Of a stretch of 64,000 nt of DNA, positions 53,422 through 64,000 are shown in pieces (within the stretch, counting starts at the first letter, position 1; each line of letters opens with the position of its first letter). Position numbers and translations under genes: made by a program. Below the pieces are notes generated by a model. That model was not told the origin of the DNA, ran no database searches, and was given only the letters and a program-made list of their open reading frames with translations. The stretch is from Malacoraja senta (lineage: Eukaryota), in NCBI GenBank assembly GCA_038087875.1, contig CM075992.1:5086001-5150000 (forward strand), read 5' to 3'.

Positions 53422-54177
53422 GAGATGGCAGCCCTGCCGGCAGTCTGTTTGTCTTTTGACTCTTTTGTTATTTTTTTAGTCTGTAAAAAGTTTTGTTTTA
53501 ATGTTCTTTGGTTTGTTTTATGTGGGGGGGGGGGGGGGGGGGAGGGGATCGGGGGAAACATTTTCTTTTCAAGTTCTTACCTTCCCGGAGATGTAATCAA
53601 TTTTCGGATCACATTCTCCGGGCGCTTTGCGGCCTACCATCGCTGGGAGCTGGAGGCCTTCTCGGACTGACTTTGAGCCCTATCGCGGGGCGCGGACTTA
53701 ACATCGGAGCTGATCCCTTGCCTGGGATCGCTCCCACCGCGACTACCGCGGAATCAACATCAAGGGCTCGCAGTCTCGGGTGAGGCCGAGTCGGGAGCTC
53801 CAACGTCGCGGAAGGTTCGACCAGCCCCGACGCGAGGTTCGATCGCCCGGCGCGGGGGGGGGCTGACATCCCCCTAATGCGGGAGCTTGATCGCCTCGAC
53901 GCGGAGGGCCCGAACGCCGCGGCTACGGGAGTTAAGATCATCCCGTCAACGGGGGCTCGAGGCCCACGACCGAGAAAGAACTAAGGGAAGGACTTGAACT
54001 TTATTTCGCCTTCCATCACAGTGAGGAATGTGGAGGAGTCACTGTGATGGATGTTCATTGTTAAAATGTGTTTTTGAGTGATTTGTTACTTTTAATTGTA
54101 TGACTGACCTGGTCAATGAAATTCCTCGTATGTTGCAAAACATACTTGCCGAATAAAGTGTGATTCTGATTCTGATT
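53422..54177 (+). mobile_element. Related non-autonomous GC-rich retroposon
   Basis: Head ..GCAGTCTGT, T-rich tract, G-run, CpG-rich body, AATAAA and (GATTCT)n tail. Boundaries approximate. Confidence 0.6.
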
Positions 54178-55485
54178 GCCTCAGAGGGTAGCTTGTATCG
54201 AGAATGAGCTGCAGAGTGGCGCAGCGGTAGAGATGCTGCCTTGCAGCGCCAGAGACACGGGTTCGATCCTGACTGTGGGTGGTGTCCGTGCGGATGCTGT
54301 ACCTTCTCCTCATGACCTGCGTGGGTTTTCTCTGGTTGCTCCGGTTTCTTCCCTCACATATTGTAAATTGTCCCGAGTGGGTGTAGGATCGTGTTAATGT
54401 GCGGGGATCGCTGGTCGGCACAGACTCGGTGGGCCGAAGGGCCTGTTTCCGGGCTGTATTCCTGAACTAAACTAAAAACTAAGGAAGCCATAGAGGTGGA
54501 AACTATATTTAAAACAAATTTGGACAGATATGTGGATGGGAAAGGTTTAGAGGGCTGTGGGCCAAATTCAGGGCAGATGGTGGAGACAGATACATTAATG
54601 GCATTTAAAGATACTTTTTGGATAGGCACAAGGACATGCAGGGAATAGAGGGATATGGATTATGTGCAGGCAGGTAAGAGTTCGTCTTGGCATCATGTTT
54701 GGCAGAGACATTGTGGGCTGAAGGGCCTGTTCTTGTGCTGTACTGTAATGGAGTCATAGAATGATGCAGCGTGGAAACAGGCCCTTCGGCCCAACTTGCC
54801 CAGACCGGCCAACATGTCCCTGCCACACTGGTCCCACCTGCCCGCATATGGCCCATATCCCTCCAAACCTGTCCCATCCATGTACCTGTCTAACTGTTTC
54901 TTAAACGTTGGGATAGTCCCAGCCTCAACTACCTCCTCTGGCAGCTTGTTCCCTACACCCACCGCACTTTGTGGGAAAAAGTTACCCCTCAGATTCCTAT
55001 TAAACCTTTTCCTCGGCACCTTAAACCTATGTCCTCTGGTCCTCGATTCACATACTCTGGGCAAGACACTCTGTCCATCTACCCGATCGTTCGCTACGAA
55101 ATTTCGGAGCGCCGCGCGATACCGACACAACTCCATACCCCTCCGCGCTTCTCAGTGGGACCGGCCACACGATGCCCGTGCGCCTCAACGCGACGACGAG
55201 GTCGCGTAATTTGCGTGCAAGCGGGATGGGGGCCTTAACTGTTCTATCTTCTATATTCTCATTTAGTGCCAACAACATCCTGAATCACATACAGAACCAG
55301 AGCAGGTAAGGACTACGGATTTCCTTCCTGAGATATATCCGTGATAATCCTATTCTGTGACAATTTATTACCCGCCTAATTCCAGATTTATTTAACTAAT
55401 GACATTTAGACTCTTCAGCTGCCATAACAGGTTCAAACTCAGGATCACCCTTTAGCCACCTGTATAACAACTTGACCTAACTTAC

Positions 55486-55571
55486 CCATACGCTCCATTG
55501 CTTATTAGTTTGATGGTGTCAAAGTCTTCTTCAGAAGGTGCCTTTGTAGGTTTGCCAGCAGATCCACGACC
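55486..55571 (-). CDS. MAST1: MAST1-like exon, kinase start [28 protein letters not shown](G)
   Basis: ctacag acceptor, GG|GTAAGT donor, 86 nt. Contains the MAST-type glycine loop ISNGAYG. Too short for the ORF track. Confidence 0.93.
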
Positions 55572-55599
55572 CTGTAGCAAAACAAACGTCTAGGTTTGG

Positions 55600-55950
55600 T
55601 CGAAGGTAGACACAAAATGCTGGAGCAACTCAGCGGGACAGGCAGCATCTCTGGAGAGAAGGAATGGGTGACGTTTCGGGTCACGATCCTTCTCTTGACT
55701 GAGAATCAGGAGAGAGGGGAGACGCAGAGATATGGAAGGGTAAGGTGTGAAAACGAGAAATCAAAGGGGACTGAGATCCAGGATCATTGTTGGCTGAGGG
55801 GAAGGTGACAACGAGGCACAGTCAATAACATTTAATCAGGAGGACAGTGACAGTCAGGGATCTAGGGTGGGGGAGGGATGGAGAGAGAGGGAAAGCAAGA
55901 GTTACTTGAAGTTAGAGAAGTTAATATTCACACAGCTGGGTTGTAAGCTA
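55600..55950 (-). mobile_element. Penelope-like element 3' end
   Basis: Minus strand reads LQPSCVNINFSNFK*, followed by the same terminal repeat (GACCCGAAACGTCACCCATTCC...CCAGCATTTTGTGTC). Confidence 0.75.
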
Positions 55951-56361
55951 AGTTTGGTCGGGCTTTTGAACATCTTGCGTTCATTCAATTCTTTAAAGTG
56001 GGGATTAGTATGGATGGGGAAGTGGGGATTAGTGTGGATGGGGACAGCTTGGTCGACATGGACGAGTGGGTCTGCAGGGCTTGTTTCCTTGCTGTTTGAC
56101 TGTGTGGATTGTCAGTGAGGTTATGGAGAGGTTTAAAGGTGAGGACTTTCGGTCGGAGTGGAAGTGACTCGAGAGAGTTCTACACTGATACAAACTCCGC
56201 ACTACTGCGGGCTAATGTACAGCCAAGGTGCGGCATAGACAGTGGCAAAAGGGACAACATGACATGAGAGGGATGGAAGAAATGACAGAGGCCATAAGAG
56301 TGCTGAAGATACAGAGATCAGTGAAACATAGACAAACATAACTGTGTCTGAGATAACTCAC

Positions 56362-56429
56362 ATCGATCAAGTCGACCAACTCTTGGGCGTTGAGGTTGGC
56401 ATTGTCATAGGTGTCCAGGTGAGCAATTT
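56362..56429 (-). CDS. MAST1: MAST1-like linker exon (E)IAHLDTYDNANLNAQELVDLID
   Basis: aacatag acceptor, GTGAGT donor, 68 nt. Its phases exactly bridge the two flanking exons. Confidence 0.85.
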
Positions 56430-56559
56430 CTATGTTAAAGAACACAAGGACAGGTAACTTAGCAGGTAGAAGCAAAGAACTGCAGATGCTGATATGTGAG
56501 TGATATGTGGCCACTGCATGGCTGTGGGGACATTTGAAAATAAACCAATGTGTTCCTAC

Positions 56560-56692
56560 CCTCCAAGGGATCTCGAGTCAGTCCCAGTTGATTGATGATA
56601 TAACGTGGGATGTCGATTTTAATTCCATGGCCCTCTTTCGCGTGGTCTTCTGCAGCTTCAAGTAGATGGTAAAATTCCTCCGGATTAAACTC
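56560..56692 (-). CDS. MAST1: MAST1-like exon [21 protein letters not shown]...[10 protein letters not shown]
   Basis: cag acceptor, GTAGGA donor, 133 nt, phase 0-1. Confidence 0.93.
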
Positions 56693-58301
56693 CTGCCATG
56701 GTGGGAAAATAAAGAGCGCTTGTGAGACATTTTCACACCCCCCCCCCCACCGACAATCCGTCTGAAGAATGGTCACAATCCTTTGGTGAGCAGTTTTGGG
56801 CCCCATGTCTGAGGAAGGATGTGCTGGCCCTGGAGAGGGTCCAGAGGAGGTTCACGAGAATGATCCCAGGAATGAGTAGGTTCACCTATGATGAGCGCTT
56901 GTCGGCACTGGGCCTGTACTCGCTGGAGTTTAGAAGAATGAGGGGGGAACCTCATTGAAACAAACAGAATAGTGAAAGGCTTGGATAGGGTGGATGTGGA
57001 GAGGATGTTTCCACTAGTGGGAGAGTCTAGGACTAGAGGTCATAGACTCAGAATTAAAGGATGTTCGTTTAGGAAGGAGATGAGGTGGAATTTCAAGTAA
57101 TCAGAGGGTGGTGAATCTGTGGAATTATTTGCCACAGAAAGCCTTAGAGGCCACGTCAGTGTACATATTTAAGGCAGGGATAGATAGATTCTTGATTAGC
57201 TCGGGTGTCAGAGGTTATGGGGAGAGGGCAGGAGAATGGGGTTAGGAGGGAGAGATAGATCAGCCACGATTGAATGGCGGAGTAGACTTGATGGGCTGAA
57301 TTCTACTCCTATTCCTTATGAATCCAAAATGTCACCCATCTATGTTCTCCAGAGATGATGCCTGACCTGCTGAGTCACTCCAGCACTTTGTGTCGTTTTT
57401 TGCAAACCAGTGTCTGCAATAATGTTGTCAATTTGACTTGGAGTTGCTTCTGTTAGCATATCCCACTTTTACATCTGCACTGAACACACAAGGGGCAATT
57501 TACAGAGGGCCATTTAACCTATAAACCTAGCACGTCTTTGGGATGTAGAGCAAAGGGAGAACGTGCAAACTCCACACAGACAGCACCCGTGGTCAGGATG
57601 GGGGGGGGGGGGGGAGGTGATTTGCCTTACAATTCACTTGCTAACGCCTGACATTCGAAACAACCGAGATAAGAACTAAACATCCTGAAAATGTTCAGCA
57701 GGTCAGGCAGCATCTATGGGGAGGGAAGCGGAGTTAGTAATTTAGGTCCATTACCTTCCAGGCTAGACACTAAATGCTGGAGTAACTCAGCGGGTCAGGC
57801 AGCACCTCTGGAGGAGATGGATAGGTGACGGTTGGGTCAGTCTGAAGAAGGGTTCCGACCTGAAACTTCACCAATCCATTTTCTCCAGAGATGCTGCCTG
57901 GCCCACTGACTTACTCCAGCATTCCATGTCTATCTTTGGTAGAAGCCAGCATCCACAGTTCCGTTTTATTACGGCATTCAATGCTTATGCGCAGTGTGAC
58001 GTCTACACAATCAGGTCCACCCAGGAGTTGCTTGTCACAGTTCACGTGATCCCAGACCAATATCTACCCCGTCAAAGACTCCGTTTTGATCGTACTGGGT
58101 AATGTCACTAGGTAATGTGACAAATGAGCAATACCATTCCTCTTGAAGAAAGAACTGCAGATGCTGGAAAAATCGAAGGTAGACAAAAAAAACTCAGCCG
58201 GTGAGGCAGCATCTATGGAGCAAAGGAATAGGCGACGTTTCGGGTCAAGACCCTTCTTCAGACCATTCCTGTTGCACTTCTGGAGAGCAGCGCAGACTCA
58301 C

Positions 58302-58403
58302 CAGGCACTCCAGCAGACGTGCAGGTCTTGCGATGATGATCAGCAACTTCTTCATCAACTGCGTGACAAAGGCAACTTCCGCACTCTCCGACCGCTCGTG
58401 AGC
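58302..58403 (-). CDS. MAST1: MAST1-like exon [34 protein letters not shown]
   Basis: ccccag acceptor, GTGAGT donor, 102 nt, phase 0-0. Confidence 0.93.
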
Positions 58404-58473
58404 CTGGGGGGGGACGATAGAGATGTTGGTCACATTCATACTACCCTGCATCACACACCGATCAATGTGAGGG

Positions 58474-58742
58474 TTTAGTTTAGAGATACAGCGCGGAATC
58501 AGGCCCTTCGGCCCACCGACTCCGCGCCGACCAGCGAGCCCCTACCTACCCAATTTACCTACAAACCTGTACGTCTTTGGAGTGTGGGAGGAAACCGAAG
58601 ATCTCGGATAAACCCCACGTAGGTCACGGGGAGAACGTGCAAACTCCGTACAGACAGTAGCCGTAGTCGGGATCGAACCCGGGTCTCTGGCGCTGCAAGC
58701 GCTGTAAGGCAGCAACTCTACCGCTGCGCCACCGTGCCGCCC
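58474..58742 (-). mobile_element. V-SINE (HE1-like)
   Basis: Reverse complement of the same consensus. Further copies near 1570-1885, 4862-5145, 9430-9670, 18655-18940, 29585-29895, 38040-38470, 41455-41760, 42200-42495, 54215-54480, 58925-59230 and 59520-59805. Confidence 0.85.
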
Positions 58743-59947
58743 TAGGGTGAGGAAACCTCACATGCAAGTTGGTTAGTGGTTAGTGCATCAATGATTCACT
58801 GAGTCTACATTGACCATCGATCGGCCGTTCATAATGGTTCTGTGTTATCCCACTTTTGCATCCACTCCCTACATACCCAGGACAACTTGCAGAGGCCAAT
58901 TAACCAACAAATTAACCTACAATGGGCAGCATGGTGGTGCAGCGGTAGAGCTGCTGCCCTACAGTGCCAGAGACCCAGGTTCGATCCTGACTACGGGTGC
59001 TGTCTCTACTGGGTTTGTACGTTCTCCCTGTGATCCTGGTGGGTTTTCTCCGAGATCTTCAGTTTCTTACCACACTCCAAAGACATAGAGGTTTGTAGGT
59101 TAATTATCTTGGTATAAATGTAAATAGCCCCTAGTGTGTGTAAGGTGGTGTTAACGTGCGGGGATCGCTGGTCGGCACGGATTCGCTGGGCCGAAGGGCC
59201 TGTTTCCACGCTGTATCTCTAAACTAAACGGAACTACAAACCCGCACATCTTTGGGATGTGGAAGGAAAACAATGCGCCTGGAGGGAACCCACATGGTCA
59301 CAGGGAGAACATGCAAACTCCGCACGGACAGCAGGTGGCAAGTTCATGGTTGCCCATTATTGAGAGTAGCGTTTCTATTTCAGTTTTTTTTTTTTAATAA
59401 ACTAAATTTAATATCCTCCGCTGCTGTAGTGGATTTCCAACCCAGAACACCAGCTGCGGGGCTACAGATTTAAACCCTGTGCATTCACACATCTGTGTAT
59501 ATGATTTTATACAAGGGCACGGGGCACGGAGGCACAGCAGTAGATTTGCTGCCTTACAGCGCTTGCAGCGTCGGAGACCCGGGTTCAATCCCGACTGGAC
59601 GTTCTCCCCGTGACCCGCGTGGATTTTCCCTGAGATCTTCGGTTTCCTCCCACACTCCAAAGACGTGCGGGTTTGTAGGTTAATTGGCTGGATCTAAATG
59701 TAAAATTGTCTCTGGTTTGGGTCGGATAGTGTTAGTGTACGGGCATCGCAGTTCGGCGCAGACTAGGCGTTTCCTTGCCGCAGCTCTGAACTAAACTAAA
59801 CTAAAGTCCGATAAAGCTGCAACATATAATTTCCTGACTCTTCTACTCAATGCCCTGCCTGCCAGATTGCTGTGTGTATGTGTTTGTTGGTGACGGACGT
59901 ATGGCGACACAAGCTTTCCACTGTACCTCGGGCAATGAACTAAACTG

Positions 59948-60436
59948 GACAGAGAAGGTTCACCAGACTGATTCCTGGGATGGCAGGACGTTCATATGAA
60001 GAAAGACTCGGCTTGTACTCGCTAGAATTTAGAAGATTGAGGGGGGATCTTATAGAAACTTACAAAATTCTTAAGGGGTTGGACAGGCTAGATGCAGGAA
60101 GATTGTTCCCGATGTTGGGGAAGTCCAGAACAAGGGGTCACAGTTTAAGGATAAGGGGGAAGTCTTTTAGGACCGAGATGAGAATTTTTTTTTTCACACA
60201 GAGAGTGGTGAATCTGTGGAATTCTCTGCCACAGAAAGTAGTTGAGGCCAGTTCATTGGCTATATTTAAGAGGGAGTTAGATGTGGCCCTTGTGGCTAAA
60301 GGGATCAGGGGGTATGGAGAGAAGGCAGGTACAGGATACTGAGTTGGATGATCAGCCATGATCATATTGAAGGGCCGAATGGCCCACTCGAAGGGCCGAA
60401 TGGCCTACTCCTGCACCTATTTTCTATGTTTCTATG
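59948..60436 (+). mobile_element. CR1-clade LINE 3' fragment
   Basis: ORF 59980..60342 plus (TTTCTATG)n tail. Similar fragments near 1-370, 3056-3415, 19540-19880, 22020-22340, 23340-24180, 26210-26585, 27615-27985, 56790-57320, 60745-61230 and 63580-64000. Confidence 0.9.
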
Positions 60437-60447
60437 AGTGGACTCAC

Positions 60448-60657
60448 GTCCTGCAACAGCCTCTCCAGGTTCTCCTGCAGCTCAAAGAAGTAGCGGGAGG
60501 TGATGAGCCCATCCTGAGACTTGTCCAGGCAGTCCCGGGACATCTCGATGATCTGGTGGTGGATGAAGCTGAGCACTCCGTCCCCCAGCGGGAGCACATT
60601 CTCCGGCGCGTTGACGGCGAAGAACTCCTGCAGCCTCTCCTCCATCTGCGCGGTGGC
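60448..60657 (-). CDS. MAST1: MAST1-like exon [10 protein letters not shown]...[12 protein letters not shown]
   Basis: ctgcag acceptor, GTGAGT donor, 210 nt, phase 0-0. Lies within ORF 60424..60744. Confidence 0.93.
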
Positions 60658-62067
60658 CTGCAGTGGGAAGCGCATCGCAAGATTCACCACCATGTGAGGA
60701 GAAATGCATTTGAAGTTCCTAGCGTAACATTCCACCAGCATCATAAAGTGATACAGTGTGGAAACTTGCCCCCACCGGCCAACTTGTCCCAGCTACACTA
60801 GTCCCACCTGCCTGAGTTTACTCCATATCCCTCCAAACCTGTCCTATCCATATACCTGTCCAACTGCTTCTTAAACATTGGGATAGTCCCAGCCTCACCT
60901 ACCTCCTCTGGCAGCTCGTTCCATACACCCACCACCCTTTGTATGAAAAAGTTACCCCTCAGATTCCTATTAAATCATTTCTCCTTCACCTTGAACCTGT
61001 GTCCTCTGGTCCTCGATTCCCCTACTCTGGGCAAGAGATTCTGTGCGTCTACCCGACCTATTCCACTCATGATTTTATACACCTCTATAAGATCATCCCT
61101 CATCCTCCTGCGCTCCAAGGAATAGAGACCCAGCCTACTCAACCTCTCCCTATAGCTCACACCCTCTAGTCCTGGCAACATCCTCGTAAATCTACTCCGA
61201 ACCCTTTCAAGTTTGACAATATCTTTCCTATAATATCATCATGGAAGCATAGTTCAAGAAGGAGGGCCCTGACCTGAAATGGCACCGGTCCACTCCCGCC
61301 CTCCCCATTCAACTTGGATTGATGTACAAGGTTGTCACTTCCTCAATGACAATAAGAAATCTCGCAGAAGTCCTCTCCAGAAGCTTTGCAATGCAGAAGA
61401 GGCCACTCAGTCCTCTGCTAGGTGAGATCCCACCCAATCTGTGACCTGAGTCCACAACTAGTTCCCAACTCCAGTACCCTCGGTAAACGACTATCTCCAT
61501 TCACCCTAAGACTGTAGAAATGCAATTCCGTTCAAACCAAGCTGTTTGAATGACAATAAAAGGCATTCTATTCTATTCTATTTTATTCTATCTAATCACC
61601 TCATGATTTTATACACCTATAGGATTTTGACTATCTATGCCTAAAAAGTCACCCATCAAAATGTTATATTTCCTCCAGCCCTTTGCTCATTGTGCTTTAG
61701 GAAACATTACTCTAGTATATCCTTTTAACAACAGGCAGCCAAACCCATGTACCTGCATTGGAAACACAACCTTCGTTCCCGCCTATACAAACGCCTGTCC
61801 AAATGCCTAATAACTTTATATCTGGCAGCACAAACCACGCACAATTAGCTTCCTGTGCTCCAAGGAAGAAAGTCCTAGCCTGCCCAACCTCTCACTTTAG
61901 CTCAAGCCCTCGAGTCCAGGCATTATTCCCGTAAATCTTTCTCTCAAGTCTTTCCAGCTGATAGGCATCCTTCCTGCAGCAGAGTGACCAAAACTGAACA
62001 TAGTCAAAGAAATCAAAGCTCTGATGAACACAATGGGCCCCAAGGGCAACTCCCTCTGGCCACCTAC

Positions 62068-62143
62068 CTTTGGGAATCTTTCCTTGTAGACATGGTTCAT
62101 CATGACTATCTCATTGTCGTAGCAGGAAGGAGACCGCCCGGGA
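62068..62143 (-). CDS. MAST1: MAST1-like exon (S)[28 protein letters not shown]1908 region
   Basis: ttgcag acceptor, AAG|GTAGGT donor, 76 nt. [18 protein letters not shown] matches recalled MAST1. Confidence 0.92.
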
Positions 62144-64000
62144 CTGCAACAGATCAAAAGCCACAGGTTAGTTCTGGGCAACAAACCCGCTCGGAAGATC
62201 TCCGCATCTGATTTCAGATAGTCTCCACGGGATGTGTTGTCTCGAGGTGTTCAGCTATATGAAAGGCTGGTGAGCAATTCAGTAACCAGGGGCTGGGTAC
62301 CGTGACTAGAAGATGGAGTTGGGACACGCACACACACACACAAGAAATGACAAGATGAAGAGTTACCAGAAAATGGATCACTTTAACAAATGCTGATTGA
62401 CCCAAAAACTAGAATAGCAAAAAGCGGGAAAAAACACACACACACAGTGTTGTACATCTGGAACCAGGGTGCCCTGCCCATATTACGTCATTCCCACATA
62501 TACATGTTTCTACGCGGGCAAATAAAGTAGTCCTTGTGGTATAACAAAGTAGTCCTTGCAATATCACAACACACAGTGCTGGAGTAACTCAGCGGGTCAG
62601 GCAGCATCCCTGGGGAACATAGATTGGCGGCATTTTGGGTTGGGACCCTTCTTCTGAACACCTATTCGTGTTCTCCAGAGATGCTGCCTGACCTGCTGAG
62701 TTAGATAGATCTCTAGGGGTTAGTGGAGTCAAGAGATATGGGGAGAAGGCAGGCACGGGTTATTGATAGGGGACGATCAGCCATGATCACAATGAATGGC
62801 GGTGCTGGCTCGAAGGGCCAAATGGCCTCCTCCTGCACCTATTTTCTATGTTTCTATGTTTCTATTACTCCAGCGCTTTTGTGTTTTATTTGATAACCCA
62901 GCATCTGCAGTTCATTGTGTCTCTAATATCAATATATGGAATCATTATACAAGTCTCCTTAAGTAAATGTGATCTATTGGTCAGCACAAGAATCTGCAGA
63001 AGCTGGAATCGAGCGGGGAAAAAAAAAATGCTGGAGGAACTCAGCATCGGAGGAGGAAATGGACAGACAACAGCCCAGTCTGAAGAAGGGTCCCGACCCA
63101 AAGCATCATCTATCCATTCCATCCACAGATGCTGCCTGACCTGCTGAGTAACTCCAGCATTTTATGTTTTGCACAATCCATTAGACATTCAGCATCTCAA
63201 CCTCTCCTATCCTAACGTATCATAGCCTATTGAGGAAATTCACGGAACTTATCGAGGGAGGACATTGTTATCATGGAAGCCTGCTCTTGAAGGAGGGTCC
63301 TGACCTGAAATGGCACCTGTCCATTCCCTCCACAGATGCTGCCTGACCCACCGAGTTCCTCCAGCACTCTGTGTTTTGTTCACGACTCCATTACCCTGAA
63401 GGACCTTGGCTTTAACTAGACTTGCATCAACTGTTCCATTTTGGGTGCTGCTCTCATCTTTAAGGTTGAGGGATCTTGTCCCTGCCCAGGGACTTCAACG
63501 TCACATCTCCTCAGCCCTCTAGAGCAGTGCGCAGGGAGAACTGTTCCAACAGAAGTGCCATCTTTTGGGTGAGATGTGAAATAGACAATGGGTGCAGGAG
63601 TAGGCCATTCGGCCCTTAGAGCCAGCACCGCCATTCAATGTGATCATGGCTGATCATCCCCAATCAGTACCCCGTTCCTGCATTCTCCCCATATCCCCTG
63701 ACTCCGCTATCTTTAAGAGCCCTATCTAGCTCTCTCTTGAAAGCATCCAGAGAACCTGCCTCCAACGCCCTCTGAGGCAGAGAATTCCACAGACTCACAA
63801 CTCTCTGTGAGAAAAAGAGTTTCCTCGTCTCCGTTCTAAATGGCTTACCCTTTATTCTTAAACTGTGGCCCCTGGTTCTGGACTCCCCCAACATCGGGAA
63901 CATTTCCTGCCTCTAGCGTGTCCAAACCCTTAACAATCTTATATGTTTCAATAAGATCCCCTCTCATCCTTGTAAACTCCAGAATGTACAAGCCCAGCCG

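Noticed and set aside
61236..63330. Two similar ~60-bp segments (ATCATGGAAGC..GAAGGAGGG..CTGACCTGAAATGGCACC) about 2 kb apart
   Set aside because: Best explained as decayed Penelope terminal-repeat variants or an old local duplication. No evidence of function.

Overview
Repeat-dense vertebrate genomic DNA. The repeat set (V-SINE/HE1-like SINEs, CR1, Rex1/Babar, Penelope and L1/Tx1 fragments) points to a cartilaginous fish, probably a skate or ray (inference). The only protein-coding locus I can support is a MAST-family Ser/Thr kinase, closest to MAST1. Right of a 200-N gap (29233-29432), 14 phase-compatible exons on the minus strand (62143 down to 30206; 1812 nt, about 604 aa) encode the pre-kinase DUF1908 region, a complete AGC kinase domain and the AGC C-terminal region. 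One of their introns needs a GC donor. Left of the gap, two short exons on the PLUS strand (7067-7105, 26698-26729; MDDSDIVRRRRVQ|KDLPLTRKGS) look like coding exons 1-2 of a MAST gene. The two halves converge on the gap and neither is complete, which suggests a mis-oriented contig or an inversion. Other elements: many Penelope-derived repeats with a minimal hammerhead-ribozyme-like core, often as fold-back pairs; Harbinger-like and hAT MITEs; GC-rich non-autonomous retroposons with a covarying 3' stem-loop; and a tRNA-Arg-derived gene whose anticodon reads CTG. All family assignments come from recalled sequences, not database searches. I found no convincing wholly new multi-gene system.
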